A stretch of DNA of 32,000 nt from Candidatus Harpocratesius repetitus (GTDB lineage Archaea; Asgardarchaeota; Lokiarchaeia; Sigyniarchaeales; Promethearchaeaceae). The position numbers were made by a program, and so were the translations under genes. Shown here piece by piece: positions 1 through 8,522 of this stretch. The first letter of the stretch is position 1; each line of letters starts with the position of its first letter. The stretch covers positions 2,370,001-2,402,000 of the forward strand of contig JAIZWK010000001.1 in the NCBI GenBank assembly GCA_021498095.1. Reading direction: 5' to 3'. Below the pieces are notes generated by a model. The model did no database searches. It was not told where the DNA came from and saw nothing but the letters and a program-made list of their open reading frames with translations.

Positions 1-268
1 TCGAAACTCGAACTTCATATTTACTTGCTAATTCATTTGCTGTAATTGCTTTCATTTTTAAAATATCTTTTCGTAATTTCTTTTCTAAAGCTAAAGGAAG
101 ATATGGATCACGTTGGATTGTTTCTAAAGTAGCCACTTTTCCGTATTTCTTATTCATTTTTCGAACTTGGGTTTCAGCTTGGACTTTATTGATCTTATCA
201 TCATCCATAACTAAATCTTCGGATTCTTCTTGTTCTTCTTCCGAATCAATTTTTTTCTTCTTTGCCAT
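1..268 (-). CDS. rps25e: 30S ribosomal protein S25e (eS25), 3' end truncated by the window edge; not in the ORF track
   Basis: Manual translation from ATG at 268: MAKKKKIDSEEEQEESEDLVMDDDKINKVQAETQVRKMNKKYGKVATLETIQRDPYLPLALEKKLRKDILKMKAITANELASKYEVRVS, open to position 1. KLRKDILKMKAITANELASKYEVRVS resembles the eS25 winged-helix core. Confidence 0.8.
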   Translation of the reverse strand, partial: MAKKKKIDSEEEQEESEDLVMDDDKINKVQAETQVRKMNKKYGKVATLETIQRDPYLPLALEKKLRKDILKMKAITANELASKYEVRVS

Positions 269-484
269 CGTACAACACATCAAATATGGTATTTATATCT
301 ATGAAGGCTCAATGTTGCATAATTAAAAAATTTTGGCTTTTCTCAGCAAAATATTACTCATTTGATGAATTATGTGCATCTAATTCATCAGTAATAAATG
401 GAAAGGAAGACTAATTATCTTAATAATAAATGAAAGAAAATATGTTTAATCTTAAGACTTTCAATTAATTGGAGAATTGATTTA

Positions 485-1138
485 ATGGGGAAAAATCGGC
501 AAGAACAGAAAAAGAAAGCTTATGAGTTTTTTATAAAACATCAGCGACCAGAAGAATTTGCTAAAGATCCCCTCATTTATTATACTCCAGAACGAGTAAA
601 AGAGTATGCTGAATCTAAGTCTTTAATGCGAATTCAAGAAGGAATTACTAAAAGGTGCGTTGAATTAGTTCATGCTGCGCCACCTGCACTTTTTTTGGAT
701 ATTGGGATGGGATGTGGATTTGCATCGGTATTCTTAAATTTAAAAGGATTTAGAACAATAGGATTGGATATAAATCGTTTCTTCCTTTCTTATTATTCCT
801 TACCTGAATTAAATTCAATACAAGCAGATATGCGGGAATTTAGATTACGTCCTCGCTCTATAGACTTTATTATTTCGATTTCTGCGGTTCAATGGATTTT
901 GGCTGAATCAGATGAACAAAAACGCCGACAATATCTTAAAGATTTCAGTCAATTTTGTGCAGAAATTTTAAAACCTCAAGGAAAATTAATTTTTCAATTT
1001 TATCCCAAATCAGATGAAGCCATGATGGAATTAGGACACGAATTTAAAGAAATAGGTGCATTCGAAGGAAATTTTGTGATTGATAATCCGGAAAACCCCA
1101 AAAAAAGACGAATTTTCTTACTTCTTGATAGATTATAG
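485..1138 (+). CDS. Class I SAM methyltransferase, Bud23/WBSCR22-like (paralog 1)
   Basis: RPEE..P..YY N-terminus, LDIGMGCG motif I, ISISAVQW, QFYPKSDE and VIDNPENPKKRRIFLLL mirror recalled yeast Bud23 motifs (RPEE..P..FY, LDIGCGSG, ISISAIQW, QFYPKNDD, VVDDPESKKNKKYYLVL). Confidence 0.8.
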   Translation: MGKNRQEQKKKAYEFFIKHQRPEEFAKDPLIYYTPERVKEYAESKSLMRIQEGITKRCVELVHAAPPALFLDIGMGCGFASVFLNLKGFRTIGLDINRFFLSYYSLPELNSIQADMREFRLRPRSIDFIISISAVQWILAESDEQKRRQYLKDFSQFCAEILKPQGKLIFQFYPKSDEAMMELGHEFKEIGAFEGNFVIDNPENPKKRRIFLLLDRL

Positions 1139-1175
1139 AAAAAATTTGCTGATAGAGAGATGGAGAAAAAAAAAC

Positions 1176-1886
1176 ATGGTGAAGAAAAAGACAAAAAAAA
1201 GATTAAAAAAAAAAAAACCTATCAGCAAAAATAATCGACCTATGATCCATGAATATTTTGGCTTAGATGCTGAAGCATATGCTCATTCACAGTGGATGGA
1301 ACGAAATCAGAGAAAAACAACTCTGAAAGCCATTGAATTATTAAATACTTCACCGTACTTTGAAATGGAATATAATTCTGAAACAAAAAAAGAAGAAATA
1401 GGAGATTCATACATTGAATCTAAATTATGTCTGGATTTAGGATGCGGTTCTGGGTTTTCGAGTTTAGAATTAATTCATTTCTTTTCGCGGGTCATTGGTT
1501 TGGATTTTTCAAGAGATATGATTAAATTTATTCCTAATAATAATTCTCTTCATTTAGTTCAAGCAGATCTACGGGCTCTACCATTTCGCTCCAATCTTTT
1601 CTCTACGGTTATATCAATTTCTGCATATAATTTTGTGAGTGAAGGTGCTAAAAATAAAAATCAAATTAATCGACAGATTTACCAAGCTTTTAAAGATCTC
1701 ATTTATTGTATTGGTGATTTAGGCAAAATTGTAATTGAATTTTATCCCACTCCCTTAGAAGAAGAAATCTTTTTTCAAGTTTTAAAAAAATTCCCCATAC
1801 AAGGTGGAATGTTAAAAACAGATCCTGGAACACGTAAAGAAAAAAAATTTTTACTATTGCGAAAAATTTCATCAGATCTCGATTAA
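1176..1886 (+). CDS. Class I SAM methyltransferase, Bud23/WBSCR22-like (paralog 2) with Lys-rich N-terminus
   Basis: Q.KTTLKAIELL, LDLGCGSG, LDFSRDM, ISISA, EFYP, GG...DPGTRKEKKFLLL. ATG at 1176 is preferred over the TTG at 1080, which overlaps the upstream gene. Confidence 0.75.
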   Translation: MVKKKTKKRLKKKKPISKNNRPMIHEYFGLDAEAYAHSQWMERNQRKTTLKAIELLNTSPYFEMEYNSETKKEEIGDSYIESKLCLDLGCGSGFSSLELIHFFSRVIGLDFSRDMIKFIPNNNSLHLVQADLRALPFRSNLFSTVISISAYNFVSEGAKNKNQINRQIYQAFKDLIYCIGDLGKIVIEFYPTPLEEEIFFQVLKKFPIQGGMLKTDPGTRKEKKFLLLRKISSDLD

Positions 1887-2170
1887 TTCTAACAAACGAT
1901 TAATCTTGATTATATTTCATCAAAAATCGAAATATTTAAAGGGAATCCCCAAATATAACCGCAAATTTTTTTTACATTCAAATATTTTATCAAATTAGTT
2001 AGTTTGGCGAAAGAATTAAAAACTCTTTTGCGGGTATGTTGAAAGGAGAGTCTCAATGTGAATAAGTTTTCTTTTTCACAAGCCGTTCTCTCTTTTCTTT
2101 TTAACCTAGCTGGCAAAAGAGAATCTCCGTCAACCCAAATTAGAAAAAATTACAAAATTTGTGATATAAT

Positions 2171-2476
2171 ATGCAAAGAGCCCGCATTCGTTTAAGTTCT
2201 CCTGATTTAGATGCATTACAAGAAGTTATTAATGAAATTAATCGCGTTGTAACCAAAACTGGTGTAAAGCAATACGGTCCTGTTCCATTACCAACAAAAA
2301 AATTGACAATTCCAACACGAAAAACTCCATGTGGTCAAGGAACATCAACATGGGAAACTTGGGAGCTTCGGATTCATAAACGCTTGATTGATATTAATGC
2401 TGATGAACGATCCATGATATTGATTATGAAGATCATTTTTCCAGAAAGCGTTTTAGTAGAAATTGAATTAATCTAA
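2171..2476 (+). CDS. rpsJ: 30S ribosomal protein S10 (uS10), archaeal type
   Basis: ARIRLSS, GPVPLPTKKL, RKTPCGQGTSTWETWELRIHKRLIDI. Confidence 0.97.
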   Translation: MQRARIRLSSPDLDALQEVINEINRVVTKTGVKQYGPVPLPTKKLTIPTRKTPCGQGTSTWETWELRIHKRLIDINADERSMILIMKIIFPESVLVEIELI

Positions 2477-2738
2477 TTCTCCTTTTTTTAAGGAATTCTC
2501 AAAGAAAAATTTTTTCTTACTTTTCAAATTTTTAATCTTCAATAATAGTGCTACTATGATAAGATCGTATTAGTGAAGAAATTTTACAAATAATTTACCA
2601 ATAAATCTAAGAGAATTTGCCAAAAACATTATTCGATATATTAAAACATAAAGTTGATTTATTTAAAAGAAATCGTAAAATAAAAAATCATAAAGGGACA
2701 TCCCAATTAATATATATTTAAAAAGAGGATGAAAAATA

Positions 2739-3569
2739 ATGAGTAACGAAAATACAAAAATCACTAATATTGAAAAAAATTCGCAAAATGTTCTTACTCA
2801 ACGATTATCTGATGAAAAAATTATTAGAAGCTTTTTTATTCCTTATAGAACCACTTCACTCTTCGGATTTATTATTTGGATTTTATTATTACTTTTCCCT
2901 ATTATTTTACTGATTATTAGTAATAGATCTGATGATATCTCTAAGAATACACAAATTTTTCTTGATGTTGTATTGGGAATATGGATAATATTTATGATTT
3001 CTTTGTTATTTTTCATAGGATATGGAAAGAAATACTTAATTCTAACCAACAAGCGCGTAATCTATAAATCAGAATATAACTTATTATTTCTGAAAAAATT
3101 TCGTATGATTCGTGAATTTTCAACCAAGATTTCAGATGTTTTGATCGTTGAACGTAATCAATATCGTTATCCTGATATTCAAATAATGATCTTAGGAGGA
3201 TTTATGCTTTTAACAAGTGTAGTTTTTTGGATATTTGAAAAAGTTGCAGATATAGCTAACATTTTGACAGTACAAGAAAGTAATTGGCTTAACTTAACAA
3301 CTATTACCACTTTAGCAATAGGTGGAGTATTATTACTTTTAAATGTATTTTTCTTTTCACGCAAACATTTTAAAGTTGTTTTAGTCATCGGTCAAACATT
3401 TCCGCTTCCAAAAATTATGGGCCGGTTTTTTTCTTTCAATGCCAAATCAGGATATTGGGTTATTGGAGGACATAGTAAAGATGCAAAAAAAATGTATGAA
3501 CAATTTCACAATTTGTTATTTGAAATGCAGGAATCATATATTAAATCGACTAAAAAAGATATAGAATAA
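2739..3569 (+). CDS. Membrane protein with four hydrophobic segments and a possible bacterial-PH-like domain
   Basis: Two pairs of hydrophobic helices; LILTNKRVIY after the first pair resembles bPH-type domains. Confidence 0.5.
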   Translation: MSNENTKITNIEKNSQNVLTQRLSDEKIIRSFFIPYRTTSLFGFIIWILLLLFPIILLIISNRSDDISKNTQIFLDVVLGIWIIFMISLLFFIGYGKKYLILTNKRVIYKSEYNLLFLKKFRMIREFSTKISDVLIVERNQYRYPDIQIMILGGFMLLTSVVFWIFEKVADIANILTVQESNWLNLTTITTLAIGGVLLLLNVFFFSRKHFKVVLVIGQTFPLPKIMGRFFSFNAKSGYWVIGGHSKDAKKMYEQFHNLLFEMQESYIKSTKKDIE

Positions 3570-3686
3570 ACCAAAATTTTTTTTTCAATTTTCCCCGCGC
3601 AATTAAATTAACTCCTTCTTCTAATAAGAAATGCTTATAAAAATGAATAATATTGACCAAATTGACAACTAAATTGAAAAAAGAAA

Positions 3687-5153
3687 CAGTCTTCAAGGTT
3701 ATAATCTAAACGAATCAATACGACAATAAGCGAAGACCGAAACAGTTTTGAAGGGAAAGGAGAAAATTTATTTGATAGATTATGAGTTCTTTTACAGAAA
3801 CGACGATTCCCCAATCGTCCCTCCCACCTTTCCCTATAAATTTATTTCTCCGTGGAGAATTTAAATCTTATGTTAACAAGTTGGTGGGTCGATCGGAAAT
3901 CGCTCAGAAATTTCGTCCAAGACTGTATACCTATTGTGATTTCATTTTAGTCAAACTATACGCTTTAGCCAGCAAGAAATCCATCGAATATGCTTCAAAT
4001 TATCTTAAGAAAAAACTTTCTAAGCACTACCGAAAGAAATTTAATCTTAAATTGAAGGACTTTCGCGATGGAGTTCGTAAGAGACGGTTAGTCCCTCATC
4101 AGACTGATGTTGATAAATTCTTTAGGCTATTATCTGAGAAAGATATTCACTTTATCTTCGGAAACCTTTTAAACCATGTGAATCAAAAGATTCGAAGTCA
4201 TTCGATTGGTGGGTCAAAAATGCGGTTGCTGGTCGACAACACAGAGTATCCGTACTATGGAAAACCTAGACCGCCTTTTGAAGTTGGAACTCATAAACAA
4301 CCGGGAACTCGTAAAGCCCGTTTGTTTCAAGGCATAGCAATTCAAGGATGTGGTATGACTCTGTTTTCAGAATTCCGACTCCTTCGCCACAAACAATACC
4401 GTGCAAAACATATTGGACTTTCCGCAAAATGGCTCAAATTTCAAGGATTTAACCTCAGTTATGCGCTAATGGACCGCGAATTCTACCGCGCTTCGCTTAT
4501 CAAAGAATTAAAAGATCAAAAACTTCCCGTTTTAATTCCTGCTAAAAAATTCCATAAAGTTAAGAGGCTTTTCAAGGAATTTTTGTATGGTAAAAAGGGA
4601 TTATGTGAAAAATATCTGTTCGCACAGAGTCCAAAGACCAAACCTTGGCCGAGCTCCGTTTATGTGAATTTAGTATTAACTGCACATCGAAGTAAATCAG
4701 CTTTGCAGGTTCGTGAGCAATTCCGCAGAAAAAAACTTGCGCTTGATGAAGCGGTTGAAGAAATTGAAGGTTTTTTTACCACTCTTCATCCTCGAAAGAA
4801 TTTAGCTCGATGGAGCTGCTGGCTCTCCAGAACTTATAAAAAAAGATGGTTCGAAGAAACTAGATTTCGCATGCTTAATTCTATCCATGAATCGTTCCGA
4901 AATCACCATCCCTTCCCACAATTAGCTCAGATATATCTGAGAGCATATATTTTTAACTGTTGGCAATTTTACCGCAAACAACAAATCAAATGTCACACTA
5001 AATTATGGGAAACGAGTTTAAATGTTTATCAATCAAGCTTAACTGAGGTGATCGAGAGGGAGATGCTTAAAAATACTAAAGAAAATGTGTGGTTTTTACA
5101 AAAAGAAAAAAGGAGGTTGTTCTTTGAAGTTTAGAACATAACCTTAAAGACTG
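3687..5153 (+). mobile_element. Insertion sequence, ISH3-like (IS4 superfamily), 1467 bp
   Basis: 25-bp terminal inverted repeats: left CAGTCTTCAAGGTTATAATCTAAAC (3687-3711); right GTTTAGAACATAACCTTAAAGACTG (5129-5153), whose reverse complement matches at 22/25. They enclose one transposase ORF. Confidence 0.9.
3782..5134 (+). CDS. DDE transposase, ISH3/IS4-like
   Basis: VDNTEYPYYG, MDREFY and YKKRWFEETRFR (YREK-type) motifs; stop codon lies inside the right inverted repeat. Confidence 0.9.
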   Translation: MSSFTETTIPQSSLPPFPINLFLRGEFKSYVNKLVGRSEIAQKFRPRLYTYCDFILVKLYALASKKSIEYASNYLKKKLSKHYRKKFNLKLKDFRDGVRKRRLVPHQTDVDKFFRLLSEKDIHFIFGNLLNHVNQKIRSHSIGGSKMRLLVDNTEYPYYGKPRPPFEVGTHKQPGTRKARLFQGIAIQGCGMTLFSEFRLLRHKQYRAKHIGLSAKWLKFQGFNLSYALMDREFYRASLIKELKDQKLPVLIPAKKFHKVKRLFKEFLYGKKGLCEKYLFAQSPKTKPWPSSVYVNLVLTAHRSKSALQVREQFRRKKLALDEAVEEIEGFFTTLHPRKNLARWSCWLSRTYKKRWFEETRFRMLNSIHESFRNHHPFPQLAQIYLRAYIFNCWQFYRKQQIKCHTKLWETSLNVYQSSLTEVIEREMLKNTKENVWFLQKEKRRLFFEV

Positions 5154-5190
5154 GAAGAAAAAAGAAAAAAGAAAAAGTTCATTTATTCAT

Positions 5191-6966
5191 TTATTTTCGG
5201 CGTTTTATGTAATACACTATAGCAAACAAGGAAAGAAGAGATGCAAAACTAATCATGCTTACAGGAGCTCCGGGGATATTTGAGAAAAATCCTCCATCTA
5301 AATCACGGTTTTCTCCTATTTCTCCATCTTGTATTTGCTCAGCTGTTGGTGTTTCATATCCCTCACGAACGATTGATTGAGAAATCGAATACGTAACAGT
5401 TTCGCCATCAATATCAAATTCTGTTATTGATGTGTTATCAAATGCAATAGTTAAATCGATATATTGAGCAAATGAAGCTAAAACCATATCACTATTATAT
5501 TCAATTGCAAATGAAATTGAAACTGCTGAGTTGTTGTAATCAATGCCTTGATTTACTAATTGAGTTGCTAGATCTTCTTCTAAATCTCCATCAGTATAAT
5601 TTAAAAGATCTTGTAATGCATCAAAATCGATTCCACTTGACGACCAAACAAAGCCGATTGATTGCTTATCAACATGGAATGATGAGATTCCTCCAATTTC
5701 AAACAAATCTTGAATAGAGTGATCAAAAACAGATATATCTTCTCCTTCTTGTTCTGCGTATTGTGCAGAAAAATTATAGACATCTAATCCCCAATTATAC
5801 CAATCTAAAAAGCTAAAATCTGTAGGGTAACATAGTTCAACGCTTGAAAATAGACTGAATATTGAGTAATATCCTAAAAATCCATTAAGGGGTATTGGGA
5901 GATAATGATTGTCTGGTAATGCTGGAAATACGGTTCCATCATCAAGGGGGTCTACAGATAAATCAATTGCGTCTGTAACATTATCTAAGTAAGTGTGAAT
6001 TGATATAAGTAAGTCTTCAAATTCTTCAGCTTCAACTTCATTTAATTCAGTAATTGATTCGTTTAAGCCAGATTGAACATCATCATAAAAATCAGGATCA
6101 AAATATGGTTTAAATGTTGAATTTAAGTCTTCAAGTTTTCCTGCCAAATATGCTGAAGGTAAAACCCAATTATCGTCATTTCCCATCATAAAAGATCCTT
6201 CGATAATATCATTGGACATATTATCTTTCTGTAAATCAAGATTATAGATATCACTTATGCTGAATTTTAAATCAACTTCCGTAGAGATAAAATCTAAAAG
6301 ATCCCCCATAAAATGTGAGAAATTAAAACTATTGGAGAAAACATCTTGACCTTCATTACTTTCAATTTCATCGACAATATAGCCTCCTACTTCATTATAA
6401 AACTTTGAACTAGCTTGTAAATCAATATTATTAATCGCAGTATATATTAAATCGTCACCAGTTTCAATTCCATAACTAAATTTAGTTTCTCCTTTTGGAT
6501 CAAAAATAGTTATTCTAAGTGTATAAGTTGCATCATTTGTGTTCCAAAAAGAATTATGGCATTGAATGTATATCATTAATGTAAATTCATCTGCATAATA
6601 TGAAACCTTTCCCTTATTTTCATAATTATCATCAGTATAGTATGAAAAAGATTCACTATCTAAATAGGTTTCATTTTCATTATACAATTGAAGATAAAAG
6701 TAATTTGCATTATCTGAATCAGTTACTTCCATTTCTACAGAGATTGCCATCCCTTCTGTAAGTTCAATTTTAAACCAATCATCATCATCTGTTGTTGATG
6801 ATAAAGTTAAACCAGTATGTTCTCCTGTAGTGATAAGAGCCGCATTCTCTAAATCATTATTTGGTTCATAATCACTATCATCTAGTGCACGTGTATAGAT
6901 GGGTGAAAAATAACTTGCCATCAATAGCACTAATAATACTGTTGATATTTTTATTGTTTTTCTCAT
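5191..6966 (-). CDS. Secreted acidic surface protein with N-terminal PPC-like domain and C-terminal Loki-CTERM-like sorting signal
   Basis: Signal peptide MRKTIKISTVLLVLLMAS; DYEPNNDLENA and DDDWFKI motifs typical of PPC domains; C-terminus IPGAP + hydrophobic helix + KRRK. Confidence 0.75.
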   Translation of the reverse strand: MRKTIKISTVLLVLLMASYFSPIYTRALDDSDYEPNNDLENAALITTGEHTGLTLSSTTDDDDWFKIELTEGMAISVEMEVTDSDNANYFYLQLYNENETYLDSESFSYYTDDNYENKGKVSYYADEFTLMIYIQCHNSFWNTNDATYTLRITIFDPKGETKFSYGIETGDDLIYTAINNIDLQASSKFYNEVGGYIVDEIESNEGQDVFSNSFNFSHFMGDLLDFISTEVDLKFSISDIYNLDLQKDNMSNDIIEGSFMMGNDDNWVLPSAYLAGKLEDLNSTFKPYFDPDFYDDVQSGLNESITELNEVEAEEFEDLLISIHTYLDNVTDAIDLSVDPLDDGTVFPALPDNHYLPIPLNGFLGYYSIFSLFSSVELCYPTDFSFLDWYNWGLDVYNFSAQYAEQEGEDISVFDHSIQDLFEIGGISSFHVDKQSIGFVWSSSGIDFDALQDLLNYTDGDLEEDLATQLVNQGIDYNNSAVSISFAIEYNSDMVLASFAQYIDLTIAFDNTSITEFDIDGETVTYSISQSIVREGYETPTAEQIQDGEIGENRDLDGGFFSNIPGAPVSMISFASLLSLFAIVYYIKRRK

Positions 6967-7131
6967 GAATAAAATTCACCTGGACATTAAATGTCAAAGG
7001 AATAAATAATGAATTTGACTTTTAAATTTATGTTGACACTTTTAAATAATTAAGTAAAGTATTCAAAAAATGCTTAAATAGAAATAAAATAATTGTGAAG
7101 TGTTTAAATTTCCAGATGAGAAAGGTTACCT

Positions 7132-8040
7132 ATGTGGTTAGAATTATTTGAATGGATGATTGTTATTATATATTTATTTACCGTGATTGGCTTAATTTTG
7201 AATAAAAATGGAATTGTTTTAAGTGAATTAATTGGTGGAACTCTATTTGGTTTAATGCTTGAATATTTGAACATTGCTCTATTTCATGGTTATACTTATC
7301 ATGTAGGATTTCTGTTTCAGATTGGAAATCCTCCTAATAATGTTCCAATTGTTATTGGACTAGCTTGGGGTTTATTGGGAATAACAACATCTGAACTCAG
7401 TGAAAGATTTCAGATTCCTGAAATTCTTCAAATTCTCATGTCTGTTATTTTAGCAGTTTCTTATGATTTATTTTTAGATGTGATTGTAATTCGGCTTGAA
7501 GGTGGTTTCTGGGTTTGGGGAGGCTTTGCAATAGATTGGACTATTAACTCTGAAGCGTTATTTGGAATTCCTTGGGGTAATTTTATAGGTTGGTTTTTTG
7601 TAATGTTCTATTTCGGTCTTTTTAGAAAAATTGGACGGAAATTTCTAAAAGATATTAATTGGAAACAAAATCTTATTCGTATATTTGCAATTCCAATCTT
7701 GTCAGATGGGTTATTATTATTCACTTTCTTTCTTATTGGAATTTTAGGATTACATCATTATGGTGCGATTCTCTTTTTAATTCTTTTTTTAGGGAGTTTT
7801 ATTTCTGTTATAAGTTTTATTATTATTAAGCATCCATCAATTCACTATGTGAAACAATCTTTTTCATTGTTCTTTTGGATATCAATTTATGTATATCTGA
7901 TTGTAATTTCTTTAATTATGAATTATTGGTCTCAAATTCCTATTTATTTAAGTTTTTGTATGATACTAATAATTGGAACAATAATTCTTGATCTTTTATC
8001 AATTAAAAAAAATAAAAAGCATGATGATTCAAAGAAATGA
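7132..8040 (+). CDS. Polytopic membrane protein of the carotenoid biosynthesis protein (CruF/DUF422-like) family
   Basis: NVPIVIGLAW, YDLFLD, GFWVW and FGIPWGNFIGWF motifs; many TM segments. Confidence 0.65.
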   Translation: MWLELFEWMIVIIYLFTVIGLILNKNGIVLSELIGGTLFGLMLEYLNIALFHGYTYHVGFLFQIGNPPNNVPIVIGLAWGLLGITTSELSERFQIPEILQILMSVILAVSYDLFLDVIVIRLEGGFWVWGGFAIDWTINSEALFGIPWGNFIGWFFVMFYFGLFRKIGRKFLKDINWKQNLIRIFAIPILSDGLLLFTFFLIGILGLHHYGAILFLILFLGSFISVISFIIIKHPSIHYVKQSFSLFFWISIYVYLIVISLIMNYWSQIPIYLSFCMILIIGTIILDLLSIKKNKKHDDSKK

Positions 8041-8522
8041 GAAAGATGTGAGAAAGATGTGAAAAAGACATTAAAAGATAAGAAGAATATATAGATTACA
8101 CTTTGAAAATAGACCAAAAAAATTTTTTTGAATTATTTTTTGAAATTTCTTCATTTTTTATGAGGTTCTAGCAACTTCTTTATTTTTGACAGAATTTCCA
8201 TTTTAATCTTTCATTTTCCGACAATAATCAATTCTATCCAAGAATTATTTCAGTCGGCAAAAATGAACTTTAGAAAATATAATTATGGGTCGATTTTTGA
8301 CTATTTTTAATCATATTATAGTTGAATTTGATAAAAAAAGTTCTAAATTTCTGATCGACAAATTTCAAATTTGGATGGAATGTTGGTAAATGCGTAGATT
8401 ATGCAGGATTTTTATTTTTTTATTAATCTATCAAATGTTGATAAAGGCTCTTATATCAAATAATTATTGCTAAACAAATTAATAAATCAATCATTTTATT
8501 ATTATTAAAAGAGAAGAAAAAA

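Noticed and set aside
1080-1175. N-terminal 32 aa of the ORF-track call 1080..1886
   Set aside because: TTG start overlaps the upstream gene by 59 bp; the ATG at 1176 gives a cleaner gene.
1910-2116. 68-aa minus-strand ORF between the methyltransferases and uS10
   Set aside because: Non-ATG start, no motif, and it occupies the likely promoter/leader of uS10.
8038-8071. Short direct repeat (GAGAAAGATGT-like, two to three copies)
   Set aside because: Too short and purine-rich to distinguish from replication slippage.
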